Source: Candidatus Eiseniibacteriota bacterium (GTDB lineage Bacteria; Eisenbacteria; RBG-16-71-46). From it: DNA of 64,000 bases. This document shows positions 1 to 12,387 of this stretch, piece after piece. Position numbers and translations under genes: made by a program. How positions within the stretch are numbered: the first letter of the stretch is position 1; each line of letters opens with the position of its first letter. The notes beneath the pieces were generated by a model that did no database searches, had not been told where the DNA came from, and saw nothing but the letters and a program-made list of their open reading frames with translations. The DNA is taken from the NCBI GenBank assembly GCA_963717935.1, contig CAVQXP010000004.1, positions 768,001 through 832,000 of the forward strand, given 5' to 3'.

Positions 1-359
1 GAGGTGTGAGCCGGCGGACGGCGCTCGAAGTCGAGCGCGTTGCGCAGCCAGGAGCGGACCGCCGGGAAGCGATCCTCGATGCGCTCGAGGTAGGCCTCGA
101 AGGAGGGCCGGGCGCGCAGGAGGCCCGCGACCGCGAGGACCAGGGCCGCGATGCCGGCGCCCGTCGCGGCGAGCAGGCGCGCCCAGGCCAGGGGCTCTCC
201 GGTGGGCCACGCCACGCCGAGTGCCACCGCTAGCGCAATGACCACGGCGACGCCTCCCGCGGCGCGCAACCCGTGGCGCAGCGCCAGCGCCTGCAGCAGC
301 GCGGCGTGGTGGCGGGAGACGAGTCGCTCGAGGGCGTTGTCAGGCACGCGAGTGGTCAT
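1..359 (-). CDS. N-terminal part of a membrane-anchored DUF4175-like protein (runs off window)
   Basis: Manual translation from ATG 359: MTTRVPDNALERLV...two TM helices...YLERIEDRFPAVRSWLRNALDF; lies directly downstream of a DUF4159 gene, a typical pairing. Confidence 0.5.
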   Translation of the reverse strand, partial: MTTRVPDNALERLVSRHHAALLQALALRHGLRAAGGVAVVIALAVALGVAWPTGEPLAWARLLAATGAGIAALVLAVAGLLRARPSFEAYLERIEDRFPAVRSWLRNALDFERRPPAHT

Positions 360-384
360 CGTCGTCGGGGTGACCCGGGCCGGT

Positions 385-1080
385 TCAATGCGTCAGGACG
401 TAGTGGACGAGGTTCAGGGACATGCGCAGCGCAGCCTCGCGCTTCTCGGGTGGATCGCCGTGGATCTCGGGGTCCTCGAGGCCGTCCCCCAGGTCGGTGT
501 CGAACGAATAGAAGACGACCAGCCTCCCGTCGTGGAAGACACCGTAGGCCCGCGCGGGGCCGCCGTCGTGCTCGTGGATCTTCGGTGGGCCCGCCGGGAA
601 CTCGTAGAGCCCGTGGAAGAGCGGGTGCGAAAATGGCAACTCGACGCAGCGGCGCGTCGGGGAGCACCTGCTTCATCGCCCGCCGGAAGGACGGATCGAT
701 TCCGAAGTCGTCGTCCACCCACAGGAAGCCGCCGGTCGTGAGGTAGCGACGCAGGTTGGCTGCCTCCGTGGGCGTGAGCTTGAGGTTGCCGTGGCCGCAG
801 GCAAAGACGAACGGGTACTGGAAGAGCGCGGCCGAGCCGGGCTCGACCACCGCCTCCTTCGTGCCAGCCGTGGGGACCGAGAGGCGCTCCCGCGCGGCTC
901 GCATCAGGTTCGCGAGCGAGGTGCGGTTCTCGTACCAGTCGCCGCCACCGCCGTACTTGAGGCGGGCGATGCCGAAGGCGCGTGCGCCCGGCGGGACGGG
1001 CACGTCGCCCGGCGCCGCGGGCGACGGTGGCGGATCCGGCACAGCGCGGCCAGGACGAGCAGGGTGGCGAAGCGCTTCAC
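385..1080 (-). CDS. DUF4159 domain protein with signal peptide (frameshifted near 1040 and 640)
   Basis: GTG start VKRFATLLVLAAL; IARLKYGGGGDWY, GHGN, GGFLWVDDD; C-terminal piece HPLFH...PKIHEHDG...DLGDGLED in another frame. Confidence 0.8.
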
Positions 1081-1162
1081 GGGTCGCGGGTCTCCATGGG
1101 CATCGTGGCGGTTCCGCCCTTCTTGATGATACACGCGCCGGGCGGAGCCTGCCGAAGATGGC

Positions 1163-1197
1163 ACGAAGGCCCGGACCTCGAGGGTCCGGGCCTTCGT
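1163..1197 (-). terminator. Hairpin downstream of secDF-lipoprotein operon
   Basis: ACGAAGGCCCGGACC-tcgag-GGTCCGGGCCTTCGT, perfect 15-bp stem. Confidence 0.6.
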
Positions 1198-1245
1198 CAT
1201 CGCCGGTGGGGCGCCCGTGGCCGGGCGCGAGCGCTCAGCCGGTCC

Positions 1246-2212
1246 CTAGGGCGTGGGGAACACCTTGGTGGCGCCGACCCGGAAGCGGCGGTACGAGCCC
1301 GGGCTCGCGGACGTACTCCCAGTCGCCGTAGGTGAAGGCCAGCAACTCGCCCCGCGCGTTCACCGCCGAGACGCGCACCCGGTACTCGACCAGGTTCAGC
1401 AGGGTCCGCGCTGCATGAGCACCTGCGCCCCCGGCTCGCCGAGCTTGTAGTCGGTGGCCGGCGCGGCCACGTAGCCGACGAAGAAGTTGCGCACATTGCT
1501 GAGGACGAACGGCGCCGGCTGCACGCGCCAGCAGCTTGGCCTCGAGGTCGCCGCCCATGAACTGGTAGATCTGGATCCAGTAGCCCGCCGCCCCGGGCAC
1601 CTCCTGCCAGGTCATGGTGATGTTCGAGTCGGGCGGCATCGTCGCGCCGGTGTAGGTGCAGCGTCGCGATGTCCGAGCTCATCGAGTTCGCCCACGTTGG
1701 TGAGCGGGGAGGTCGGTGTCACCACTCCGGACGACGACGCCGCGGCCCACGTACGAGGGCGGGTTGAAGCCGGACGGCTGCGCGTCGCCGAAGGCGTAGA
1801 TCTCCCAGTGCGAATCGAGGAAGCGGACCACGGGGCTCAGCACGTAGTCCTTGAGCTGCGCGTAGCCGCCGTTGGCTCTCGCGGCGCAGCACCTGGTAGC
1901 CGGTCGCCGGCGTGCCGTCCAGGATCATGCCGTGCAGCGTGCCCGGGGCGACGTAGACCTGTTCCGTGCTCGGCGAGGGTGTCCTCCGGGCCGGGTCCGT
2001 CAGGCAGGAAGTCCGTCGAAGGTCTCCACGGTGATGGGCACGTCGGGATAGACGATCAGACGGGCGTCCGCGCTGTACTGGCCTTCGGGCGCCGTGTAGC
2101 TGGCGTCGACGTTGGTGACCTTCTTGGCGCAGCCGGCCATCGCCAGCGCCACCAGGATGACGGTGGCGAGCGGGGCGACGCGGCGCAGCGGACTGCGGAG
2201 ATCGTTCATCAT
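1246..2212 (-). CDS. Putative lipoprotein with C-terminal fibronectin-III-like segment (multiple frameshifts)
   Basis: MMNDLR...VILVALAMAGC lipobox; downstream fragments ITMTWQEVPGAAGYWIQI and YRVRVSAVNARG spread over several frames; end approximate. Confidence 0.55.
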
Positions 2213-2232
2213 GAGCCCTTTGAGCCTTTCGC

Positions 2233-3149
2233 TTACTCGGCCGAAATTCCCTTGCGGCGATCGAGCAGGATCCAGATGTCGAGCGCCAGGGCACTGGCCA
2301 CGTAGACCGAGGAGTACGTTCCGAAGACCGACGCCGACCAGCATCGCGAACGAGAAGTCGCGAAGGACCTCGCCGCCCCAGATGAACAGACCGAGCGCCG
2401 CCAGGAAGACGGTGAGCGCGGTGATCACGGTGCGCGACAGGGTCTCGTTGACCGCGATGTCCATGGCCCGGGAGTGCTTCTCCTTGCGGAGGGCCTTGGA
2501 CCGTTCGCGGATGCGGTCGAACACGACGATGGTGTCGTTGATGGAGTAGCCGGCGATGGTGAGCAGGGCGGCCACCACCGTCAGGGATATCTCACGCCCG
2601 GTGAAGCAGAGGAATCCCAGAACGACGAGCACGTCGTGGAAGAGGGCTACCACGGCGCCGAAGGCGAATTTGAACTCATAACGGAAGCCCACGTAAAGCA
2701 GAATCCCGCCCAGGCTCCAGAGCACCGCCCAGATCGCCTTGTGGCGCAACTCGTTACCGACCTTCGGCCCGACCGTCTCCTGGCGGCGCAGCTCGGAGGT
2801 GACCCCGGGGAAACGGGTCGAGAGGGCCTGCTGGATGACGGGGAACGGTTCCTGGCTGTCACTCCTGAAGCGCAGCAGGAACTCGTTCCGGTTCTGCCCG
2901 GTCATCTGTTGCAGCTCCACTCCGCGGAAGCCCACGGCGTCGAGGGCCCGGCGCACCTCGTCGGCCGCCAGCACCCGGCTGGTGCGGATCTGGAGCACGG
3001 TGCCGCCCGTGAAGTCGACGCTGCAGGATGGGCCCACCGTGCACGACGAGCCAGACGACCGTCGCCACGACCAGCACGGAGGAGAGCAGGTAGGCGAAGC
3101 GCCGGTACTGCATGAAGGGGATGTTGGTTCCGATCAGCACCTGAAGCAT
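2233..3149 (-). CDS. secF: Protein translocase subunit SecF (frameshifted near 3030 and 2325)
   Basis: VDFTGGT, VGPKVG, ALFHDV, GYSINDTIVVFDRIRE, ETLSRT; tail GTYSSVYVA...ISAE* in shifted frame. Confidence 0.93.
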
Positions 3150-3171
3150 CGTCTCGTTCTCCTCGTGCCCG

Positions 3172-4748
<1,577 letters not shown>

Positions 4749-4854
4749 CGGATCCCTCAGGGCAGACAACGGCCGGCGCGCCGGGGCAGCCCCACGCTTG
4801 GTGCGGGTGCCCCCCGCGGCGCCGCCGGCAGGCGCAAGACGTTAGGAGCGTGCG

Positions 4855-4883
4855 AGTCTACGGGGCAGGGTTGGGAGTGTCAA
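4855..4883 (-). promoter_or_regulatory. sigma70-type promoter for secD
   Basis: Minus strand TTGACA-N17-TAGACT. Confidence 0.75.
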
Positions 4884-5290
4884 CGAATCCGCGACCCGGC
4901 TCCTGCCGCGCGTCGTCCCGGGAGATTCGCGGGTGACCCGGCACAGGCGTGCAGCAGGAGGGCGGACGCCGTCGAGGGACCCGGGACGGGGCCGGTTGGC
5001 GGCCGGCCCCTGGGTGAGTCGCATTGTTTCCGGAAGGGTCGGGGTGAGGACTGGATGGCGGGATGGTGAGGTGGGTTCCCGGTCCGGAGGCACCGCGACC
5101 CAACGCAAGAGGCGTTCCACTCCGTGGTGGGCGGTCTGGCCGCGCCTTGCGGCCGGGGCCGGCCCGCCCGCGTGTCCACGGGCCGTCATCGTCGACCACG
5201 CCGTGACGCTGACGGGTACATGCGCGGCGTGTGATGCGCCGAAGGTCGTGGCCTCTCCGCCGCGGTGGCGGCAGTCTCCGGCACGGTTTC

Positions 5291-5319
5291 TTGACACCCC
5301 CGAAGGCCGTTCCTATAGT
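5291..5319 (+). promoter_or_regulatory. sigma70-type promoter for OMP/guaB
   Basis: TTGACA-N17-TATAGT, near consensus. Confidence 0.8.
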
Positions 5320-5385
5320 GTGCCGCTCGTCACACCGGGCCTCTCTCACACCATCCCTTTGCCCGGGAAAAGGAGCCTCCATCGC

Positions 5386-6133
5386 ATGATTCCACGCATT
5401 CGCTGGGTGAGCTTCGCCGTGCTGGCGCTGCTCACAATCGCCTCGGCATGCCCTGCGGCGGAGGGTGAACCGTCCTACAAGCCCGGCAAGGGTGGGGTCG
5501 GCGGTCAGTTCGGCGGCTCCTACTTCGGCATCGATCGCATGTTCGGCGACGAGTGGCTCGGCGACTACTCGAGCGGCGCCATGCCGCGGGTCTCCTTCGC
5601 CGGCCAGTTCCGTTACGTCCAGAGCAAGCACTGGCGCTGGCAGTTCAGCCCCGGCTTCACCTGGACCGCCTACAAGACCGCCACGGCCATCCCGTTCACG
5701 GACCTGAACTACCCGGACGACGAGGTGAAGGACAGAATGCTCGTCCTGATGCTGCCGGCCACGGCGCAGATCCAGTACGTCGTGAAGCGGGGTCAGTGGT
5801 TCTATCACGCGGGTGCGGGGCCGGGTGCCTACCGGGTGTGGGTCGAGAACCGCCGCAAGGTCTACAGGGACCCCGAGACATTCCGGTCTGCACCGCGGCC
5901 TGTACCCGGGCGGGATCTTCGAGTTGGGCGCCGAGCGCTTCCTCAAGTCGATCACCACGACCAGCGTCGAGCTGACCTGGGCGAGCCACCTGGTCTTCGC
6001 GCAGCGCGACGAACAGTTCCCGAGCGGCTACAACAGCAACCTGATGGCGACGGAATTGCGGGTGGGGGTCAACTACTACTTCGACCCGCTGAGGCAGAAG
6101 AAGCAGGGCATCGAGATCCCCGAGGTCAAGTGA
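5386..6133 (+). CDS. Outer-membrane beta-barrel-like protein (frameshift near 5885)
   Basis: Signal peptide [21 protein letters not shown]; alternating aromatic strands; VGVNYYF near the C-terminus; AGGAG RBS. Confidence 0.6.
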
Positions 6134-6214
6134 GCCTGCCGGGAGTCGCGGCGCGCGATTCGCGCCACGGCTCCCGGGTTCGCCGGACGGCGCCGCGTCC
6201 CGAGGTCCACCGTC

Positions 6215-7712
<1,498 letters not shown>

Positions 7713-7749
7713 GAGCGATCGCGGGGCCCCGTTCCTCCCTGCTCCGCAC

Positions 7750-7784
7750 GGAAGCCCCGCGGGTCCTCGGCCCGCGGGGCTTCC
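7750..7784. terminator. Hairpin between convergent genes
   Basis: GGAAGCCCCGCGGG-N7-CCCGCGGGGCTTCC, perfect 14-bp stem. Confidence 0.65.
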
Positions 7785-7836
7785 ATCGTTCGCCGCGACT
7801 GGACGGAGGCGGCGTCTGGTCTCCCGATGACCCCGG

Positions 7837-8603
7837 CTACGGCTTCTTCGGCAGCTCGAAGTGGAAGTCGGGGTTCAGCTGCCGGATCTCGCCCACCAGG
7901 CGCTCGAGGCCTTCCACGGTCTCGGCGTCCGGCCGCGTCTTCCAGGCCGAGTACAGCTCGAGCAGTTCGTCCTGCTTGGTGCGCAGCAACTGCTGCATCG
8001 CGGCCTCGTTCGCCGTGCGCTCGAGGTGGTAGACCTCGCCCTGGGCCAGCCGCCTGGCCAGGTCCAGCGGCTCGCCGCGCATGTGCGAGAGGATCTTGAG
8101 GTAGCGGTCGAAGCCCACCGACAGCTTCTCGAGCACCTCGGCCACGCCCGCGCTCTTGCGGTGCATCTGCTGGCTGTAGGTGTAGGCGAAGTGATAGTAG
8201 GTCTTGCCCCGCCCGACGTAGGCTTCCTCGCTGGGCTGAGCGTGCGCCCTGGGCTCACGGGAGGAGCCGGGTTGTCGAAGATGCCGGTCGAGACCAGCAG
8301 GAAGTCGGCGTTGGTCTTGTGGATGACGTAGCGGATGCGCGCGTCGGACGAGTTGGCGAAGCGCCGGAACACGTCCACGTCGTAGCGCGACAGGAACTTC
8401 TTCGACTGCTCGGCGTACTCGGGGTTGATGAACGCGTGCAGCAGGTGGGCGAGGTAGACGTCCACGTCCTCGTCGTAGCAGTCCGGGTTCGAGACCAGGC
8501 CGGTCTCGATCCGGCTGTAGAGCAGGCAGTTGATGGCGAAGTGGTAGGTCGGCTGGAGATCGCGGCGGGTCTCCTTGAGCTGCACGTCGTGCCGAGGATC
8601 CAT
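7837..8603 (-). CDS. Hypothetical helical protein (frameshift near 8240)
   Basis: GGAGGAG RBS; MDPRHDVQL...VDVYLAHLLHAF...ADFLLVSTGIF joined to YVGRGKTYY...FELPKKP; protein-like composition and GC3 bias. Confidence 0.7.
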
Positions 8604-8920
8604 GCTGCGCTCCTCCCGGTTGCCGCGTCTGCTTCAACGCGGGCATCGACCCGCTTCCGACCATGTCTTCCAAGACGTGACTCCTGCATCCGCCATGCCA
8701 CGGCGGGGTCCGCCGCCCCTGGGGTGCACCGGCTTGAAGCTGCGTCGCCGCGGTCGTCCGGAGGGTGGTCCGAAGCCTCCGTTCCCAGAGTGATTTGGCT
8801 CAGAAGGGCGCCCGGGATGGGGGTTCTGGCGCGAATCGCCCGGGACCCGGGAGGGGTGGTCGCACGGGCGTTCGCCCTGTCGCGGGCACGCCCCGGCGAT
8901 GCAATCTTTGCGACTTCACT

Positions 8921-8936
8921 TGAAAGGAAATTGCCA
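8921..8936 (-). promoter_or_regulatory. Possible sigma54-like -24/-12 element for the 8603 gene
   Basis: Minus strand TGGC-AATTTCC-TTTCA (-12 imperfect) in an AT-rich patch. Confidence 0.3.
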
Positions 8937-9001
8937 GTCCGCGGCCCGGACGCCGCGCAACCGCAGGGAGATGGGCCGCAGCCCGCCCGGCGGCGGCGGC
9001 C

Positions 9002-9014
9002 TTGCATAGTGCAA
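9002..9014. promoter_or_regulatory. Palindromic operator/enhancer candidate
   Basis: TTGCA-TAG-TGCAA perfect inverted repeat ~65 bp upstream of a sigma54-like motif. Confidence 0.45.
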
Positions 9015-9078
9015 CGCGGTCGGCGCGGCGCCGGCGCCGCGGTGGGGCGCGGGAACCCGTCCGGAAGGGCCCGCGCCG

Positions 9079-9094
9079 GGGCATGTCACTTGCG
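9079..9094 (+). promoter_or_regulatory. sigma54-like promoter for the MCP-like operon
   Basis: GGGCATG-TCAC-TTGCG versus consensus TGGCACG-N4-TTGCW. Confidence 0.5.
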
Positions 9095-9133
9095 AGTCCC
9101 CGGGATGTGACCCAGCATCCTGCTTGGACTTCC

Positions 9134-10684
9134 ATGCGCGGCCATCGAGTTCCTCCCGCCCCCGGCAACAGCGCTGCCACCGGCGTGGTCCATCCCGGCG
9201 CTGGACTCCGCCTGCGGCTGTGGCTCGGCTGTCTGCTGGGCGGTGTCGTTGGTGGGGGCGCGGTGGTCGGGCTGTTCGCGTGGCTCTCGCCTCCCGATCC
9301 GCTCTTCGATCCCCTGGCCCTCGGCCTCTGGCCCTGGAGCGCCGCCTTCCTCTGCCTTGCCCTCGCGGTGGGCCTGGGTCTCTGGCTCGACCATGGCATC
9401 GCCTCGCACCTGCGGGGCCTGAACCGCGCGATCGCGGGCGGGGATCCGACCGGGCTGGGCGCGCTGCCGGCGGCCAGGGGCTGGGGCGAGCTCTCGCTTC
9501 TGACCTCGCAGCTCCAGAGCCAACTCGCGCGCCAGCACGAGATGGGCCGCGCCGTGGCCGAGTTGGAGGAGTTGCGTCACCGCATCCGCGGCCTGCGCGT
9601 GGCGGTGGAGATGCGACCGGCGGGGCAGCGGGCGGAGCCCCTGCGGGCGCTCGAAGGGCCGCTCGGGCCGCTGATCGAGAGTCTCAACCGCCACTGGGCC
9701 CAGAAGGAGCGGGTCGAGGGCGAGGGCCGCGCGGACGCCCTCGGGCTGCGCCACGAGCTGACGCTGGCACTCGTGGACGCACGGGACTCGGCCGAACTGG
9801 CCGAGCGCGGCTTCGTCGAGGCGACCGCGCTGCTCACGACCGTGCGCGAGCTGCAGCGCCTGGGCGGCGAGCTCAGGCAGGAACTGTCGACGGCGCCCGA
9901 GGCGCCAGCCGCGCCGGCGCCCCCGCTCGCGGAGTCGCAGCACCGCTACCGTGAGGCGGCCGTGGCCGCGATCGAGGAGATCGTGTCGGCATCCAACGAG
10001 AGCGTCGAACGCCTGGCTGCCGGGCTCCTCCGGGTGCAGGAGATCGGCGGACCGGTGCAGGTGCTCGCCAACCGGGCGACGCTCATCGCCCTCCATGTCA
10101 CGCTCTCGGAGCCGGGCGGTTCGGGCCCGCGGTCCGAGGGGTTGTCGCGCGACCTGCGGAGCCTGGCGGGCGAGGTGCGCGCCGTGACCGACCTGACGGC
10201 GGAGCGGTTCGCCGCCATCGATCGTGAGGTCGAGGCGGCGGTGGAGCGCATGAAGGGACTGCGGGAGCGCGTCGCCGCGAGGCTGGACGAGGTGCCGCCG
10301 ATGCCCGAGGCCGGCGCCTCCGCCCCGGGTGCCGCGCAGCCCGGCGAGGTGGCGCTGCGGTTGCTCGAGCGCGTGCGCGAGATGGTGCAGGATGCGGCAG
10401 CCAAGGGCGAGCGGCTCTCGGCGGCGGGGGAACGGGCCTCGCGCGCGGCCGAGCGTCTCGTGCGCCGGCTCGAGGAGGAGGCGGGCACGCTCGAAGGGCT
10501 GGCGACGCGCCTCGGCGCGACCGCAGAGGAATTGCGCAAAGGCGCGGCGGAGCCGGACGCGCGCCCCGCGTCATCCGCGGGCGAGGTGCGTCCAGGCGAC
10601 CTGCGGCTGCTCGGACCGGACCACGTGAAGCCCCGGGCGGAGGACCCCGAGCCGGGTGACGAGGATGCGGAGGAGCGGCGATGA
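9134..10684 (+). CDS. Degenerate methyl-accepting chemotaxis-like protein (2 TM, HAMP-like, coiled coil)
   Basis: Two hydrophobic segments, HAMP-like HLRGL...GELSLL, long heptad coils; VLANRATLIALHV resembles MCP IAxQTNLLALNA but the conserved tip is replaced; start uncertain. Confidence 0.6.
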   Translation: MRGHRVPPAPGNSAATGVVHPGAGLRLRLWLGCLLGGVVGGGAVVGLFAWLSPPDPLFDPLALGLWPWSAAFLCLALAVGLGLWLDHGIASHLRGLNRAIAGGDPTGLGALPAARGWGELSLLTSQLQSQLARQHEMGRAVAELEELRHRIRGLRVAVEMRPAGQRAEPLRALEGPLGPLIESLNRHWAQKERVEGEGRADALGLRHELTLALVDARDSAELAERGFVEATALLTTVRELQRLGGELRQELSTAPEAPAAPAPPLAESQHRYREAAVAAIEEIVSASNESVERLAAGLLRVQEIGGPVQVLANRATLIALHVTLSEPGGSGPRSEGLSRDLRSLAGEVRAVTDLTAERFAAIDREVEAAVERMKGLRERVAARLDEVPPMPEAGASAPGAAQPGEVALRLLERVREMVQDAAAKGERLSAAGERASRAAERLVRRLEEEAGTLEGLATRLGATAEELRKGAAEPDARPASSAGEVRPGDLRLLGPDHVKPRAEDPEPGDEDAEERR

Positions 10685-12387
10685 ATCCGGCCGATGATCG
10701 CGGAGGCACCCGTGACCTCGCTCGCGACCTGGTCGGCGCGCTCGCGCCCGTCCTCTGCGACGTGGCCGAGGGGGACGCCGTCGGTGTCGCGTGCGAGGCC
10801 GCGCAATTCCTCGGCCTCGACGGTCTCGAGCGCCTGCTCGCGGCCTGCGCCCCGCACGCGGGGCACGCCTGGCCCGCCGAGTTGATGCCCGCGCTCGAGC
10901 GCCTGCGGCGCCTCGCCGCGAGCGCCGCCGAGACGGGCGCGCTCGGGATCTTCCGCGAGGCGGACCGCGAACTGGCGGGCCTGGCGGACGAGGTCTCGGC
11001 GTTGCAGTGGAGCCCTTCGTGGCGCGCGGGTTCGGACGACGCGCAGCCGGTCGCCACGCTGAGCGTCGCCGACACGCTGGACGAGCTGCCGCTCGCCGAT
11101 GACTCCTCGCGCGAGCTTGCGCGCCGCTCGCGGCTCCTGCCGCCCGTGGCCGCGGCCCTGCGGGCGGCGCTCGACTGGCTCGCGAGCGATTCGGGCCGTC
11201 CCCTCGTGCTGCGCGCGGAGGACTCGGTGCTCGAGGCGTCGTGCGAGCACGTCGACTTCGGCGCACTCACCCCGGCGACCGAGGTGCTTGCCGCGGTGGG
11301 TGCGAACCTCGGGCCCGGCCCGGGCCTGGCCGGCACCTGGACGGTCCGCGTGCCGCTTCACACCGGGCGCGGGGTCTACCTGATGCTCGTGCACGGCGGC
11401 GTGCCGGTCGCGATCCCCTGGCATGCGGTGCTGCGTCTGCACATGAGCCGTGCGGCCGAGACCGCCGAGCGCGAGAACCTCGGCGGCTGGCCCGTGCTGA
11501 AGGGACCGCTCGGGGGCGGCTCGCAATCGACCGGCGACGTGCCGCTCGCGCTGGTCGCGCACGGGCGCAAGCGCGGCTGGCTCGTGGCCGACCGGCTGGT
11601 CTGGCGGTTGCACGCGGATCCCGTCGCGCCCACGGAACGCTCGCCCGCCGACGGACTCGTCACGATGGTCGAGACCGAGGAAGGCGAGCACTACTGGCTC
11701 GCCGAGCCCGGGTGGCTCCTGCGCTCGGTGGAGGCCCCGTCACTCGTGAAGCCCGCGCCCGCGCCGCAGCCCGAGTCGCAGCCCGCGCCGGAGTCCGCGT
11801 CCGAAGCGGAGCCGCCCGCGCCGCGCGAGGAGATCCCCGCGTCCCTCCCGGTGGCACCGGCACCGCCGGCTCCTGCACGACCCGCGGTCCATCTGTGGCT
11901 GTTGACGCCCGAAGACGTCGAGCGCATCGAGGCCGAGGACGTCGAACCGATCGCTTCGTCCAGCGGTCCTCCCGTCCCGGCGCACGTCCCCGACTCGGCG
12001 CCGCCGGACCGGCGGCCGATGCGCAGCGCCCTCGTGGCGGAGGACTCCATCACCGCGCGCATCTTTCTCGCGCGACTGCTGACGCGGCTGGGCTTCGACG
12101 TCAGCACGGTGGACACCGCGGCTGCGCTGCGCGCCGAGCTGGAGCGCCGCCCATGGTCGCTCGTCTGCGTGGACATCGAGTTGCCCGACGAGGCCGGCAC
12201 GGCCTTCCTGGCGGGACTCGCCGCCCGCCATGGCGCCCGCACGCCCTTCGTCGCGCTGGTGCGCGACGCGGAGGACCGCGTGGCCGCGCGACGCGCCGGC
12301 ATCGAGCGCATGCTGCGCAAGCCCTTCGATCACCAGGAAGTCGAGCAGGTCCTGGGCCGCCTCGGCCTCGTCCCCCGGAGGCCGTGA
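10681..12387 (+). CDS. CheA-architecture pseudokinase (Hpt-like, HATPase remnant, CheW-like P5, REC)
   Basis: AAQFLGLDGL (Hpt helix without His), GTWTVRVPL then LMLVHGGVPVAIPW (P4/P5 junction), Pro-rich linker, REC ALVAEDS...VDIELP...RKPF; ATGA overlap with upstream gene. Confidence 0.65.
   Translation: MNPADDRGGTRDLARDLVGALAPVLCDVAEGDAVGVACEAAQFLGLDGLERLLAACAPHAGHAWPAELMPALERLRRLAASAAETGALGIFREADRELAGLADEVSALQWSPSWRAGSDDAQPVATLSVADTLDELPLADDSSRELARRSRLLPPVAAALRAALDWLASDSGRPLVLRAEDSVLEASCEHVDFGALTPATEVLAAVGANLGPGPGLAGTWTVRVPLHTGRGVYLMLVHGGVPVAIPWHAVLRLHMSRAAETAERENLGGWPVLKGPLGGGSQSTGDVPLALVAHGRKRGWLVADRLVWRLHADPVAPTERSPADGLVTMVETEEGEHYWLAEPGWLLRSVEAPSLVKPAPAPQPESQPAPESASEAEPPAPREEIPASLPVAPAPPAPARPAVHLWLLTPEDVERIEAEDVEPIASSSGPPVPAHVPDSAPPDRRPMRSALVAEDSITARIFLARLLTRLGFDVSTVDTAAALRAELERRPWSLVCVDIELPDEAGTAFLAGLAARHGARTPFVALVRDAEDRVAARRAGIERMLRKPFDHQEVEQVLGRLGLVPRRP

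Noticed and set aside
2000..3037. Apparent SecF-lipoprotein fusion in the ORF track
   Set aside because: Produced by a frameshift near 2325; the native SecF tail and TAA at 2233 exist in another frame
5015..5102. SRP RNA or tRNA-Sec
   Set aside because: Lacks the SRP CAGG...GGAA...AGCAG context and any T-loop or cloverleaf
8604..8790. 6S RNA or known riboswitch
   Set aside because: No diagnostic consensus recognised; kept only as an unnamed structure candidate
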